From assembly GCF_040938485.1 (NCBI RefSeq), contig NW_027271370.1:1054001-1118000 (forward strand): DNA of 64,000 nucleotides, given 5' to 3'. Positions 52,669 through 64,000 of this stretch are shown here, one piece after another. This stretch comes from Diadema antillarum. Taxonomy: Eukaryota. The position numbers were made by a program, and so were the translations under genes. Below the pieces are notes generated by a model, which was not told where the DNA came from, searched no databases, and saw nothing but the letters and a program-made list of their open reading frames with translations. Every line of letters starts with the position of its first letter. Positions within the stretch are counted from its first letter, which is position 1.

Positions 52669-52837
52669 GGCACTGTTTCATGAAAGTTGTCAGCCCTAAC
52701 AAGTTCTCACTCTCTGACAATCGGCATAGTAATAGTCAAAGACCAGGGCTTCTCAGTCAATCAAAACCAAGGATTTTACTGAAATTGTCACAGACTCACA
52801 ACTTGTCAGGACTTACAACTTTCATTAAAACAGTGCC
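52669..52837. mobile_element. 169-bp Harbinger-like MITE (CTG TSD)
   Basis: ctg|GGCACTGTTTCATGAAAGTTGTCAG ... CTTACAACTTTCATTAAAACAGTGCC|ctg; 3-bp duplication. Confidence 0.65.
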
Positions 52838-54107
52838 CTGATCTCTATCTTTCATCTCTTGTATATCATATATATATATCATCAAAAATAACATAAGGAC
52901 AACTTACTCCAAATATATATATATACAGGTATATATATATACACACACACACACACAAAGTTCTCTTTCATCCATGTCCCCATTACCATGGTAAACAATG
53001 GGGACTGTACGTATGACTATATTATACACGTACTCTCATTTTCACTCAATGTATTTCTCCCAGTCACACGTTATGAACTTTCCAAGCATTGATCAAATCT
53101 ATGTGTCATCATTGCTGAATAAGGCTACAAAATTTTGCGATGGAACGGTGATAAAGAAAATACAAATAGAGACATTCATCAAAACTTATACTATTATAAT
53201 TTTGAATGGATTACTTGATTTTCTCAAACATCACTGACATGTTCTACTAATACAGTGTCTTGCTGCTTTCACTGAATCCACATAATGAGTTGATTCCATT
53301 TTGACAAGAATCATGTGTTGACACATATGACTGGGAGCACTGTCAAAGTTGGAAATCATTCAGTCCTGAAGAAAAATAATTTGCAACAGAGTGGATATGT
53401 GACAGCAGACATACCTCATACTTTATTGCTGCTATCCATCACAGCAGAGCATAAAGTGAAGTGATACCACAGACATGGACTGCACATGTGTATATCAAAT
53501 TGCTTTCATCACACAAGAATGTGAAAATCATAATAAATACAGTCATGGCCCAAGGATCATTATCTGTGTGTATATCTGGCATTTATATGTATTAAGTTGT
53601 AAGGTACAAAAGCAAGTCTTACCTCCCTGGCTTATTTACTTCCCTTTATAGAGTGTGCTCAATGTCACTGCATTCACAATCAGTCAAAGGAGGCCAAAGC
53701 TTTCAATCCTAGCAGAATTTCTGTCAGACATACTGACATAGTTTCAGTGAAGACTGAAAGCTCAGCTAGGCCCCTTTGTCTCAATTTTACTCTACTGGCT
53801 CTCTATAATTGGATACTAAGTTTTCAGCAGCTTATTCTGCATTTACAATGTTCACACACCCAACTACACAATGCATAGTGTATATTGTGCATAATTATGG
53901 TTCAGTGAATTGAAGCCATGGAACCCCAATCTATAGATCCCTAGTTTGAGTTTGTTGGCAGCAGAGGTAGCGTAATTTACGCAAGGCACATAATCCTCTA
54001 TTTTCCAGTCTGTTGGGATTGTGAACTCCACAGTTGATTGCCCTTATGTGTTGTGTTGCTTTCTTCAATAGTGGCTAAGCAAAATACAACAAGTTATATC
54101 CACTTCA

Positions 54108-54317
54108 TACAGTAAAAGTGAAAATTTTTGCAGTGTTGAAATTTTCGCGCATTTCGCGCAACCAGAAACTAGTCCGAAAATAAAAGCATGCAAATATTTT
54201 TGCTTGCTGTATGTTGCAGTAGCACATGCCGACTAAGCAGAATTAAAAACGCGCGAAACCAATCTTACCAGCCGAGCAAGAAAAATTACATGTGCAAAAA
54301 TATCCACTTTTACAGTA
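54108..54317. mobile_element. TA-flanked ~210-bp MITE of a related type
   Basis: TACAGTAAAAGTG.AAATTTTTGCA at the left and TGCAAAAATATCCACTTTTACAGTA at the right form imperfect inverted termini. Confidence 0.5.
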
Positions 54318-55730
54318 TTTGGTTTTGTCTAAAGCAAATACAAAGATATATTCAAACTGAGAGACAACCACTTCTTAACTGCAACTATTAAGTGCACGAT
54401 GAAACCACATATTCCACTTTTCGTTACAAGTACAACGCACAGATTTACTGCATGTCTTAAATTATCTCATCACATACATATTTGTAATTCTCAACAAATT
54501 GGCAGCCTTCATCTACTCATGGTTTGCCCTTGTTGGACAGTGAAGGATCAGACAAAATTTGATAGTGATGATTTTTAGGCAGGCACCGATATTAAAAATC
54601 CCATACAGCAGACCTTTCTCTTTCCCCTTACGTAATCTGTGAGATGCTGTGAATTCTCAAGTCATCAATACATGCATGATGTATAAAGGTGTAAATGTAT
54701 GAAGGTTTTAGAAAGTTCCAGTTTCAGAGGTTTTTTGACAATATGTTATATCTTATGGAAAAGTATGTTTGACAAGACCCCTTTTCCATTATTTCTTTTA
54801 ATTTATTTCATAGCTCAAGAATAATTTATTTCCTAACCAAAATTATGTTGGTGATGGTGGGTATGGTGAATATCCGACTTGACCTAACGCAACATAGGTA
54901 TAATGACCTTCTTTTGTACAGTATAATTTAGTTGTTTGTTTAAATGCCATCAAATTTGAACAGCTTATCTTGGAAGCACATAAAGGTCCTCTAAAAGGAA
55001 CAGACCACAAAATGATTCATTCAAAGTCCTTCCCATATTCAGACAATGTTTGTTTGTTTGTTTGCTTTTTTTTTGGGGGGGGGGGCTAAATGCATACAAG
55101 CATTTATGTTGGCTACAAAATGGAAGATGAATGTATGTTCTGTAACAAGCAACTGTACGCAATATCTTGATATGTTCAAAGGTTATGATAACCAACTTCC
55201 ACTGTGTGGCATATGAATAATACCACTATGTGGCAGACATCTTCACCTCTTCCTTTCAAGACAGATGCCAATATCCACAAGCATACTTACGTTCCACAAA
55301 TTTCTGAAACATAGGCTATATTGCATTGTATCAATGCTAAATGTCAAAATTGCAGCAAAAAATATACAATTTTCAAGTGATCTAGGCCAGTCTGCTGCCA
55401 TGCACAAACATATTTTGCGTACCATTTAAGCAACACTTTACAAGATCAGTCTGTGGAAATTCATATCCTAATCTGGAAAGAGTTCCTGAAGTTATCTTAA
55501 AGAAAACATCTCAACTGCAATGATCTTCTCACCATGTCCAAAAAGACTAGTCACAGAATATTTGATGAGCAGCCAACACAAATTCTTCATGCTGTGTCCA
55601 TCAAAATGTATATCCTTCAGAGCATTTCTGGCTGTCAGGCAAATTGTACTGCTCACACTTGAGTTTGTTTCTTCATGCCAGTAAGGATCAGAATGACGGT
55701 GATTTAAGAAGGGCTTAAAAGACGAGAGTG

Positions 55731-56860
55731 CTAGCTGTTCTCTGCTTGCTGTGTCTCTTCTCTTCCTGCTGTCTCTCCATGTTTGGCTGCAGAAGCTGCC
55801 TCAATATCCTTCTCCCAGTACTTGATCCCGCCAATGGCTCTCTGAAGCTGGTCCAGTCGCATCTCCTTCTCTACTCTCTCTTGATTGAGGGCTGCTAGTC
55901 GCTTCTGCTCTAGGGCCTCTATATGTTCTTGGTGCCACTTCTCTAGCAGGGCTGTGTATCCAGCCACACCTTCTTCCTCCAGGGCAGGGAGCCGTGAGGC
56001 CATCTCCTGTTCCATCAGGGCATCAAGGCCCTCACTTGATACTTTATTTTGATTAGTCAGCTCCTGAACAGTGTTCTAGGAAATTCAAACCATACAAATC
56101 ACATTTAACAGACTTGGCACAGCATATCATTGAGAAAATATCTGGCCCACAAACAAACAGGAAAAACAAAAGCATTGATATAGATTACAATTTTAGCTTT
56201 ACAAAGTGTGAATAACTAGCTATGGTATTTTTGAATGATATTTTGATATGTCAGGATATCCAAAGTAAGAAAGGGTAATAGATCTCTCTGAAATCATCTA
56301 TGTGAAACTGTCAGTTTCCACTCACTGAGACACTTACACACAACATGAACTTAATCTCCAGCAGTTCTGTAACTGAAGGATGGACATTGAGGATTTGCTG
56401 ATTTTGCCAATACTAGGGCCTTGATGCTTAATCCCCTCTGGGCTAAAGCATTTGATACAGAAGTTGAGATCCCAGAAGCCCATGGATGTTTCTTGCTAGG
56501 TTTAGTTTGAAACCTCTGGTATCTATCACACATGATGAAAGAACACACAGGCATATGAGGAATACCCTAATAACAACTTTCATTCCTATCCGTCATATCA
56601 AACACCTTCTTACTCGAGGGGTGTGCATGGTAACGAGTTTGATGTAACCTATTAGGCACAACACACTAAGCCTCTTTGCACAAAGTGCATCCTCTTTTTT
56701 TTTAAATATATTTATCACTGCAGTCACCTGAAATAATACTTGAAGGCCTTCTGATGCATCTCCCGTACTGAACTCAGTTTCCAGTCTGTTGATCTGAATG
56801 AATGAAATATGGTAGTTATGCAGATGCCACTATCACATAATTGTTTTAACCTTAACTAGG

Positions 56861-56901
<41 letters not shown>

Positions 56902-59900
56902 AAGGCCGCCCCCCCCCCCCTCGACGTTTCGCGCGATGTATCGCTATCGCGAGAAGCTATCGCCGCGACGTTTCATGACTTTTTTCTTTCGAGTCTCCCG
57001 CATCTTTTGACACCAAATTTGCGAAGCCCGGGCACGCGGTTCCGAAGTTGCGCATAAATATGCACATGCATGTCAGACCAAAAATTGCTCAAAAACGTGA
57101 ATTCGAGTACAATTTCAATGCAAACTGTGTTTACAGGCAAATTTCATAAAAGCATGATTATTTGGGGGTTTTATTGATTAAAATCAATTAATAACACATT
57201 TTCTTGTTCGGATCAATGTCGCGGATAAATTTCATTGAAAAAACAATGAAAAACATAAAGTCAAAAAACAAGGAAATACATAAGAAATTCAAAAAACAAT
57301 AAAATACTTAGGAAATTTTTTCTGATTGTGCAATTTTTTCTCTTACATTTGCTAAGGACACTAAAAAGAATATTTACCCAAAAAAATTTGCCTGTTTTGA
57401 GCTTTATTTGGTGATTTATACCAAATTGTCCGATTTCATGCATCATTATGCATAAATTAGCATAATTTAGTGTAAATGATACTTTTTGAAAAAATTAACT
57501 TCATGGTACTTTAGATTACATCATAAGCAATGTGTGTCCCAATTTTCGTCGCAATCGCGCGGTCGACGACCGAGATCTGGCGGGGGCCTGGGAGGCCCCC
57601 CCACCCCCGGCTCTATCATCTACCTAAATAGCCCGGCCTAGTTAGGGTTAAGCAACTAACATGAAATATGAAACTCAAGAACTAACTCAGCAACTAACAT
57701 GAAATATGAAACACAAGAACAAATAACAGAAAATAACAAAACTAATGAGAGTTACAGAGGAAAAGAATAACATTTGAGATAATAGTACTCTGAATTAGGC
57801 TGCAAAGGGAAATGTGTGTTGCAATGATCACTACAGCTCAAACTTCTGCCCACTAAAACAGAATAGACCTTACGATTTATGGGTTGTTGTTTTTTTTTGT
57901 CAGACTCTACAAGAAAATAGTGGAGTCAACAGTAAGAACGTACCAAGGTAAATAAATGCCTTTGAAAGACCATCACTCATTCATGATGTACTGTAAAGTA
58001 GTGTTTTGACAGAGTAACATTAGTGTGCAGGAAACAGAAGTGCCAAATGTAATGTGAAATAATAGTACTAATTAAATCTGAAGGCCGTGTCACACCAGCC
58101 TTGCGTGCGACTTCCGAAGAACATTTTTGCTATCCGGAGGTCCCCGCAGATGACCCGCACATGACAGTACCTAGCATGTATCTCAAAAGTAGTTACCCGG
58201 AGGTGCGCACGCTGGCTCTATTTACCCGCTGCCAAAAAAGGCCCTGTCACACCAGCTAAGCGGGCTTATTGCGTATGGGGATTTTTCAGCACACAGAATA
58301 ATTTCTGCGGCCGGACAAGGTTTAGGGCGAGTTTGGCGTGGGTATTACATGATAAACGTGTGATACCTAAGTCCTTCTTGCGTGTATTCAGTTGAACTGC
58401 ATGTTAGGCGCGTGGGTGTCACGTGATAGCTTTGTGATAGCTTCTTTTATGTCAGTTACGGGCGACATACGGGCTCTGCGAAGTACCTGCGCCACAACTG
58501 CGTGTTATCTGCGTACTAGTCGCCTGCGAGATGAGTGCTAGCCTGAACAATAGGCTGGTTCGAGTGGATGGGCAAACAATCATTTGTCAACTAGCTTTCA
58601 AGAAGTGAAGATGCCCCGTAGACGGAAAGTGTACAAGGGCAGATAACGTCAAGTGGATGGACAGCCACAAAGCCCGGAAGATTCACAGCAAATGCATCAA
58701 ATTGCTGCTGAAGTCCATTCGACGGATGAAGTCCTGTCCGAAAGGGACCAGGTAGTCCTCGACGCCACAGAGGACAGAGGACAAAGAAGAGAATGAGCCC
58801 ACAAATGGCACGCACTCCCTTCACATAGGCATAGATCAGCGGGCAACTTACCTACTTCAAGTAGGAAACCCTTACCGGTAGCACCTCACAGGCAACTCCA
58901 AAGCAGGTACTTCGCAATCCCCGTAAGTCGCTCGTAACAGAAAATGGATCGGTTTCAAAGCTCTCACGCGAGTCACACGGAACGTACGAAAGTAGAAGCT
59001 AAGTAGCACGCGTCTAGTAAGTAAGAAACACGTGCGAAAATTGCAAACATTCTTGTCCGCCCGCGGAAAATCTTCTACGTGCTTTAAACTACCTCCTCGC
59101 CACAAGCCCGCGTAGCTTGCCCGGACAGGTGTGACACCGCCTTGAAATCAAAACGTAAGAAATTCAATTTTATGTTACATGAGCAGCTAAAATAGCACTG
59201 TTCCCTCATGTTTCATGTCAAAGAGATATTACATATTAAGAGAAATCAAATCATATCTTCCTATTTTGCATTTGGTGAAACTATGAGATAAAATACAAAA
59301 TACAGTTACCTGGTATATTAAAACAACAGTAACAAAAAACCTCATTACATCCTATTATGGAAGAAGTAGAAAATCCTATCAATGTTAGCAGAACTTTTAT
59401 GCAGGTGACATTCTATGTAATGACATGCAGTGATGTTGACTAAAACTCTCCCATATTTGAGAAGTAGCAAAACAAGAAAGTTGATTTGCAAATATCAACC
59501 ATTAGGTGCCCCATGACAAGACATGCTAAAATTTCCATTAACATAATTCGTAATATCAATCTTTATGATGACATGGCTTATTATTCCTTTTTTTCCCTTC
59601 ACACCAATAATCTTAATCTAGATTGGCCATTATAGTGGACTGTAAGAAGCAATGGCAAATTTTATGATTTATCAGAACAAAGATACATTACACAGAATTT
59701 TGCTTACATGATATAAAGCAAATTGCTTAATGCTTGTGTAAGCCTTATTCTAATCTTTTATGAAGAATGTATGATTTTCATTTCACATACAATTGTAAAT
59801 GCATACTGTAATTTTGTGAATATCTCCACGAAATTCAAGCTTACCACTTCTGAACAGATCTTAATATCCCCAACACTGCAAACTGACTGCAGAGTTTTGA

Positions 59901-62900
59901 CAGCTTGATCTAATCTCCCTGTCATGGCATGGCCAATAACATGGTAACTTGCTGCAAGTGTGCTCTTGACATCACGTGTTGAATCAGCTAGGGTCATTCC
60001 AATGTCCCATCGCTCTTCCTGCACAACAAAGAAAGATGATCCCCATTCAAATGCAATTCTGATGAAATCACATATTATTGGGCTTATTCAACAATCAAGA
60101 ATGCCAACAATTTGTGTGTGTTGCACTACAAGGTGTGTATTCTTGGAATGGCTATGTTTGAAGGCTTTACCAATGCACACATACAACATACAATGCTCTA
60201 ATCTAATGTCTTTCCCATTCTCTGACTTCTGAATTTTGTACTCTGAACAAAATAACCAATGATGTAGACTCGAGACAGAATCATCCATTCTAAAGATAAC
60301 TTTAAACATGACTGAAATATGAGCTATTCACCCCGCACTGTGCCCAAGGAGAGATAAAGGTTAAACAAAAAATGCATGTATAATATGTAACTTGCACATT
60401 GTTATTTTGTTACCTGAGGTATTTCTTCTCTCTTCATATACGCATGGCATGCATGAAGGGCAAGGAGCTGGGATAAATGGCAGTTTTCCAATGTCTCTTC
60501 ACGCATCATTACTATGGCAACATCACAGGCACCTGCAAAATGAAAAGCGAAAAATATTACAAATTTGTAATTGTAACATGTTTTTCAGCACTTTTTTGCG
60601 ATCTAGATTTCAACTTTGCATTAAAAAATACATATGCATGATATTTCCCCAGCACAGGCAATATTTCCACCTGCATAACTTGTAGGTTCATAAGTAATAG
60701 AACAATACACACACCTCAAATAAATATGCACACCAACACCATCCAAGATATAAGATGAACCACTTGTACATTTTGAACTGAAAGAATTACCAGAAGTGGT
60801 AATGCCTGCATCCCATAACACACTTCGTTTTAGATTATTAAAAGTGTTTCCATGGCAAATCAAACATAGAAGTGGTGATATTCAGGAAGTGAATAAAAAA
60901 ATAAAAATAAACTGAATTTTAATTAGAGGGCTAACAACTCCTGCATTACACAATAAAGCAAAGTGTGAAAGAAAGTTGTCAGCGCTGTCATTATACAGTA
61001 TATTAATATTTGCTTCACGCATTATTGAAATGTGTGTCATGAAAGTTGGACATACAGGGAAAAAAAAATTGCCAAACATACACACAACATACACACTATC
61101 TGTCATTACCTTTGATATCATTTTCTCTCAGAAACATATCGAGGAGGAGATTGTATGTGTAATTATCTGGAAACAGGCCGTAGTCTCTCTGTAAAAGAAA
61201 TATTCCTTGTATTATTGTACTACAGCAAAAAGCAAGGTATGCAAAACTTACCAACATTGAGATCATATTGCATAAGACATACAGAATTGCTGACTATCAT
61301 AGGATTGTGGAAGTGGCATGCTTTGTGGGAAAAATTATCTGAGCAAATTCTCACAATCTCTGTAACAAAATGTCTCAGAGTTTTCTTTTTCATTTTGGAT
61401 ATTTTCTTGTCAACTCCATATGAATCATTAAGTTTTATTTTCAGACAGTGTCTATCATTCCATCTTGAGAAAAAAAAATACACCTTGCCATTATCTGTTA
61501 GAATGAATCCACCTAGGCATCTGAAGAATGTTCCTGCCCAACAAACATGTGATGTTTAAGTTTCCCAGTTGATCAGTCAAATTAAAATTCTAAGTATACT
61601 GGGCCTAAAAATGCTGTTCTTTGTACCAAGCTGAAAAATGTCATGATCCAGCCATATAGATACTCACATACTAGTCATTGAATAAATGGAAACTATATTA
61701 CTTTAACAGTATTATGCAACATTATCTAATACCTTTGTTGATATTCATTTCATTGTCTAACCAATTTCCGTATTCTTCAAGGATTTCTGTCACGCTAATG
61801 ATTAAATGACACCTGATGTTAAACAAGCCTGCGGTTATGAAGGTCCCATGACATACACGTTTCCTCTGGAACCCAAGCATTTTCCTGTCATTGACAAGTT
61901 ATAATCATGCTCAGGAAGTTTATCCAATTGTATTGTACTTGTTATTTTTAATAAATTTCATTTCAGAAATATGAAGTAAATGACATGGGATGAATGCATA
62001 TGACTTCACATCTGGAATACAGTCATTGACAAAGATTGCACAATATCATTCTCAATAAAATATAGATGCAGACACTACTGCAATTCTCCTACCTTATTTT
62101 GTAAGACCTTGAGTGCCTGTTCATGGAAGCCAAGCTCCATGCACAACCTAAGCCATGAGTGTACTGTTGACTGGCGCAAGTGGTGGGCCACTGGCGAGTG
62201 TCGATAACTACAAAGGAACACATGGCAGGAAAAAGGAGTGTCAACAGTACCAACATTAGCAGTGTTCTACTTTCAGGTATAACTCATTACACATTTAGCA
62301 ATATACTGTTCTGTTTTGAAGTACAGCTTATCATTTAACTGCTAGTATTATAAACATGCAAAACACACATACTCTAACGCAAACACACACACACACACAC
62401 CTAAAGATGAATTATAATTAGGACATGCTAGAAAACCTATACAAGGGAAGCATAATTTATAATAGCGAAAATTCATGCTTGTACATCCTTTAGAATTCCA
62501 GTCTTTTCTTTTCTACTTTGAAAAAAAAAATGTTGTTTCATATAACAGGACAGTGAAAGGGCAAAGTAGCATGATCAACGCTTGTTTGACTGTAATGAAT
62601 GCAGGAAGATACTTAAGCAGTGAAGTTCATGTCACATCCTGTGCTAATTTTTCTGAGAAAAGCGGAACACATTTGGACAATACAACTGTGATTACGGTTT
62701 GGTCCAAAATTACTTCATGATCAGAAAGAAAAGATATAAAAGTATTCTTAAATTCAATGCTGTGCTGTTCATTAACAGCAGTTGATTGATTCATTAATTT
62801 TTTGGCTTTCTTTATAATGTCTGGTTAACCCGTTGAGGACGAGTCCCAAGTATACTCGGGCAGGTGTCTATGGGAAATGCATGGTGTAGCAAAATCAGTC

Positions 62901-63718
62901 TGTCCTCAGCAGGTTAAAACATTGCTTCTTGTGTCTGTATGTAGGCAAACAGCTTGTCCACTTTGAGATTCGAAAATCATAAACCAATAAGGGAACTAAC
63001 TCACTGTATTAAATGACATTCCTTGTTATCAGAATTTCACATTGCTACATGATCTATCGTTCATGGTAGTACTTGTAAAGATGAAGTGTGTGCTGTATTA
63101 ATGCAACATAAACTCAACACTAACATTGTACATGTATCTCATTTATCTCTACAGTGAAGGATCTTTCCTTTTCTCATCATGGGTATGATAACTTTCTTTT
63201 TCTATTCTACTTGAATACTACTTGAAAGGATACTCAGTACTCAAAGTCACAGAATCTACTTTACCTGTACAAATAATCTGCTGCAACATCCAGTTCATCT
63301 CTATCATAGACATTGTCAATATACTGAAAGAAAAACAGCAATGTAGATACTTAGAATGATAGATAACATTATTTGGCTGAGAAGAGATCATATTAAAAAC
63401 TGTGTAAATGGAAACAAGTTTAAAAGTTTGATGAAAACCTCATAAAAACCTATACAGTCAGTATTATTGCAGGTATACCTCTCTAAGAATTCTATGTCAC
63501 AAAAACGGAAAAAATTTCTTTGCAAAAAAAAAAAAAGTACCTGACATATAAATGTGTCCTTTGTCTTGCTTATAACTGTGATTCTTACCGTAAGTGTGAA
63601 AGTAATTCAAAATCTACACTTTGATGTAATTGGATGTTTCTCACCTTGTGGAGCTCCACTGACAGGACAGGCTCTTTTAGGTCATAGAACGATCTGTCTA
63701 AGTTGATCTTCAGTTCAT
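55731..63718 (-). CDS. MRPS27: Mitochondrial small ribosomal subunit protein mS27 (PPR protein), 5'-partial: last 8 exons
   Basis: Exons (minus strand): 63718-63645, 63323-63265, 62207-62093, 61188-61110, 60532-60414, 60018-59845, 56793-56728, 56075-55731; GT-AG with consistent phases. Peptides YIDNVYDRDELDVAADYLY, YRHSPVAHHLRQSTVHSWLRLC, YGLFPDNYTYNLLLDMF, DIKICSE and YTALLEKWHQE align with the remembered human LIDNISSREEIDHAEYYLY, FRHSP..YLRNWTIHTWIRQC, YGIFPDNFTFNLLMDSF, DIKLCRE and YEQNLQQWH. The first visible exon is phase 1, so earlier exons lie beyond 64000. Confidence 0.92.
56850..57647. mobile_element. 798-bp piggyBac-like non-autonomous element in an MRPS27 intron
   Basis: ttaa|CCTTAACTAGGCCGGG ... 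CCCGGCCTAGTTAGGG|ttaa; TTAA TSD with 5'-CC termini. Confidence 0.8.
58082..59142. mobile_element. 1061-bp PIF/Harbinger-like non-autonomous element in an MRPS27 intron
   Basis: tga|AGGCCGTGTCACACC ... GGTGTGACACCGCCT|tga (14/15 TIR match, 3-bp duplication). GC-rich interior with a TIR-like internal copy near 58239. No recognisable transposase. Confidence 0.75.
62829..62913. mobile_element. 85-bp piggyBac-like mini-MITE in an MRPS27 intron
   Basis: ttaa|CCCGTTGAGGAC ... GTCCTCAGCAGG|ttaa (10/12 TIR match). Confidence 0.6.
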
Positions 63719-64000
63719 CTGTTTGCAAAAACAATAACCAGTACTGGTACTTGAAGGGGTGAAATGTTGCATTTAGCAAGTTTATTCATTTTGTTCACAC
63801 TACATTCTTCACTACATGTGTTTCTGTGACCACGCACCTCATGGCACTCAGCATGACTATACTCTGCTAAGACAGATGTACTTTAATGGCAAAGATTGTG
63901 TGATAATCTAAAATACTGAATGATTTTCCCCCTATAAAGCAATCCTAATTTATAAGGATAACACAAGTTAATTTTTCTTCATCACTTTGGTGAAATCAAA

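Noticed and set aside
53925-54060. SINE- or tRNA-like fragment (GCAAGGCACATAATCC)
   Set aside because: No clear A/B boxes or cloverleaf could be identified; it is too decayed to call.
58591-59105. ORFs inside the Harbinger-like element as a transposase or Myb remnant
   Set aside because: They are short, with no DDE or Myb/SANT motif recognisable.
61220-61483. 87-aa minus-strand ORF with AG/GT sites inside an MRPS27 intron
   Set aside because: It has no similarity to mS27, and the flanking exons 62093>61188 join in frame and match the family.

Overview
AT-rich, intron-rich eukaryotic DNA, probably from a marine invertebrate (echinoderm or mollusc; the sequence alone does not settle this). 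I assembled five gene models by hand from GT-AG sites and frame continuity. (1) The terminal exon of a divergent C-type lectin-like gene (+, 1617-1816). (2) An unidentified small membrane protein (-, 9928-10239), head-to-head with (3) a DUF829/TMEM53-family alpha/beta-hydrolase (+, 12278/12464-18028). Gene 3 has two alternative phase-0 first coding exons, one giving a mitochondrial-presequence-like N-terminus, and ends in a C-terminal SKL peroxisomal signal. (4) A complete 23-exon IQCH (-, 24861-50052, about 1115 aa). (5) The 3' eight exons of MRPS27 (-, 55731-63718; 5' end outside the window). Introns and intergenic DNA hold many non-autonomous DNA elements: Helentron/HINE-like elements with internal ~330-bp tandem arrays, Kolobok-, piggyBac-, Harbinger- and hAT-like MITEs, and several clean nested insertions with target-site duplications. 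There is a 154-N assembly gap at 5657-5810. I found no CRISPR array, rRNA or intact tRNA. All coordinates are hand-counted. Family assignments rest on remembered sequences and motifs, not on database searches.
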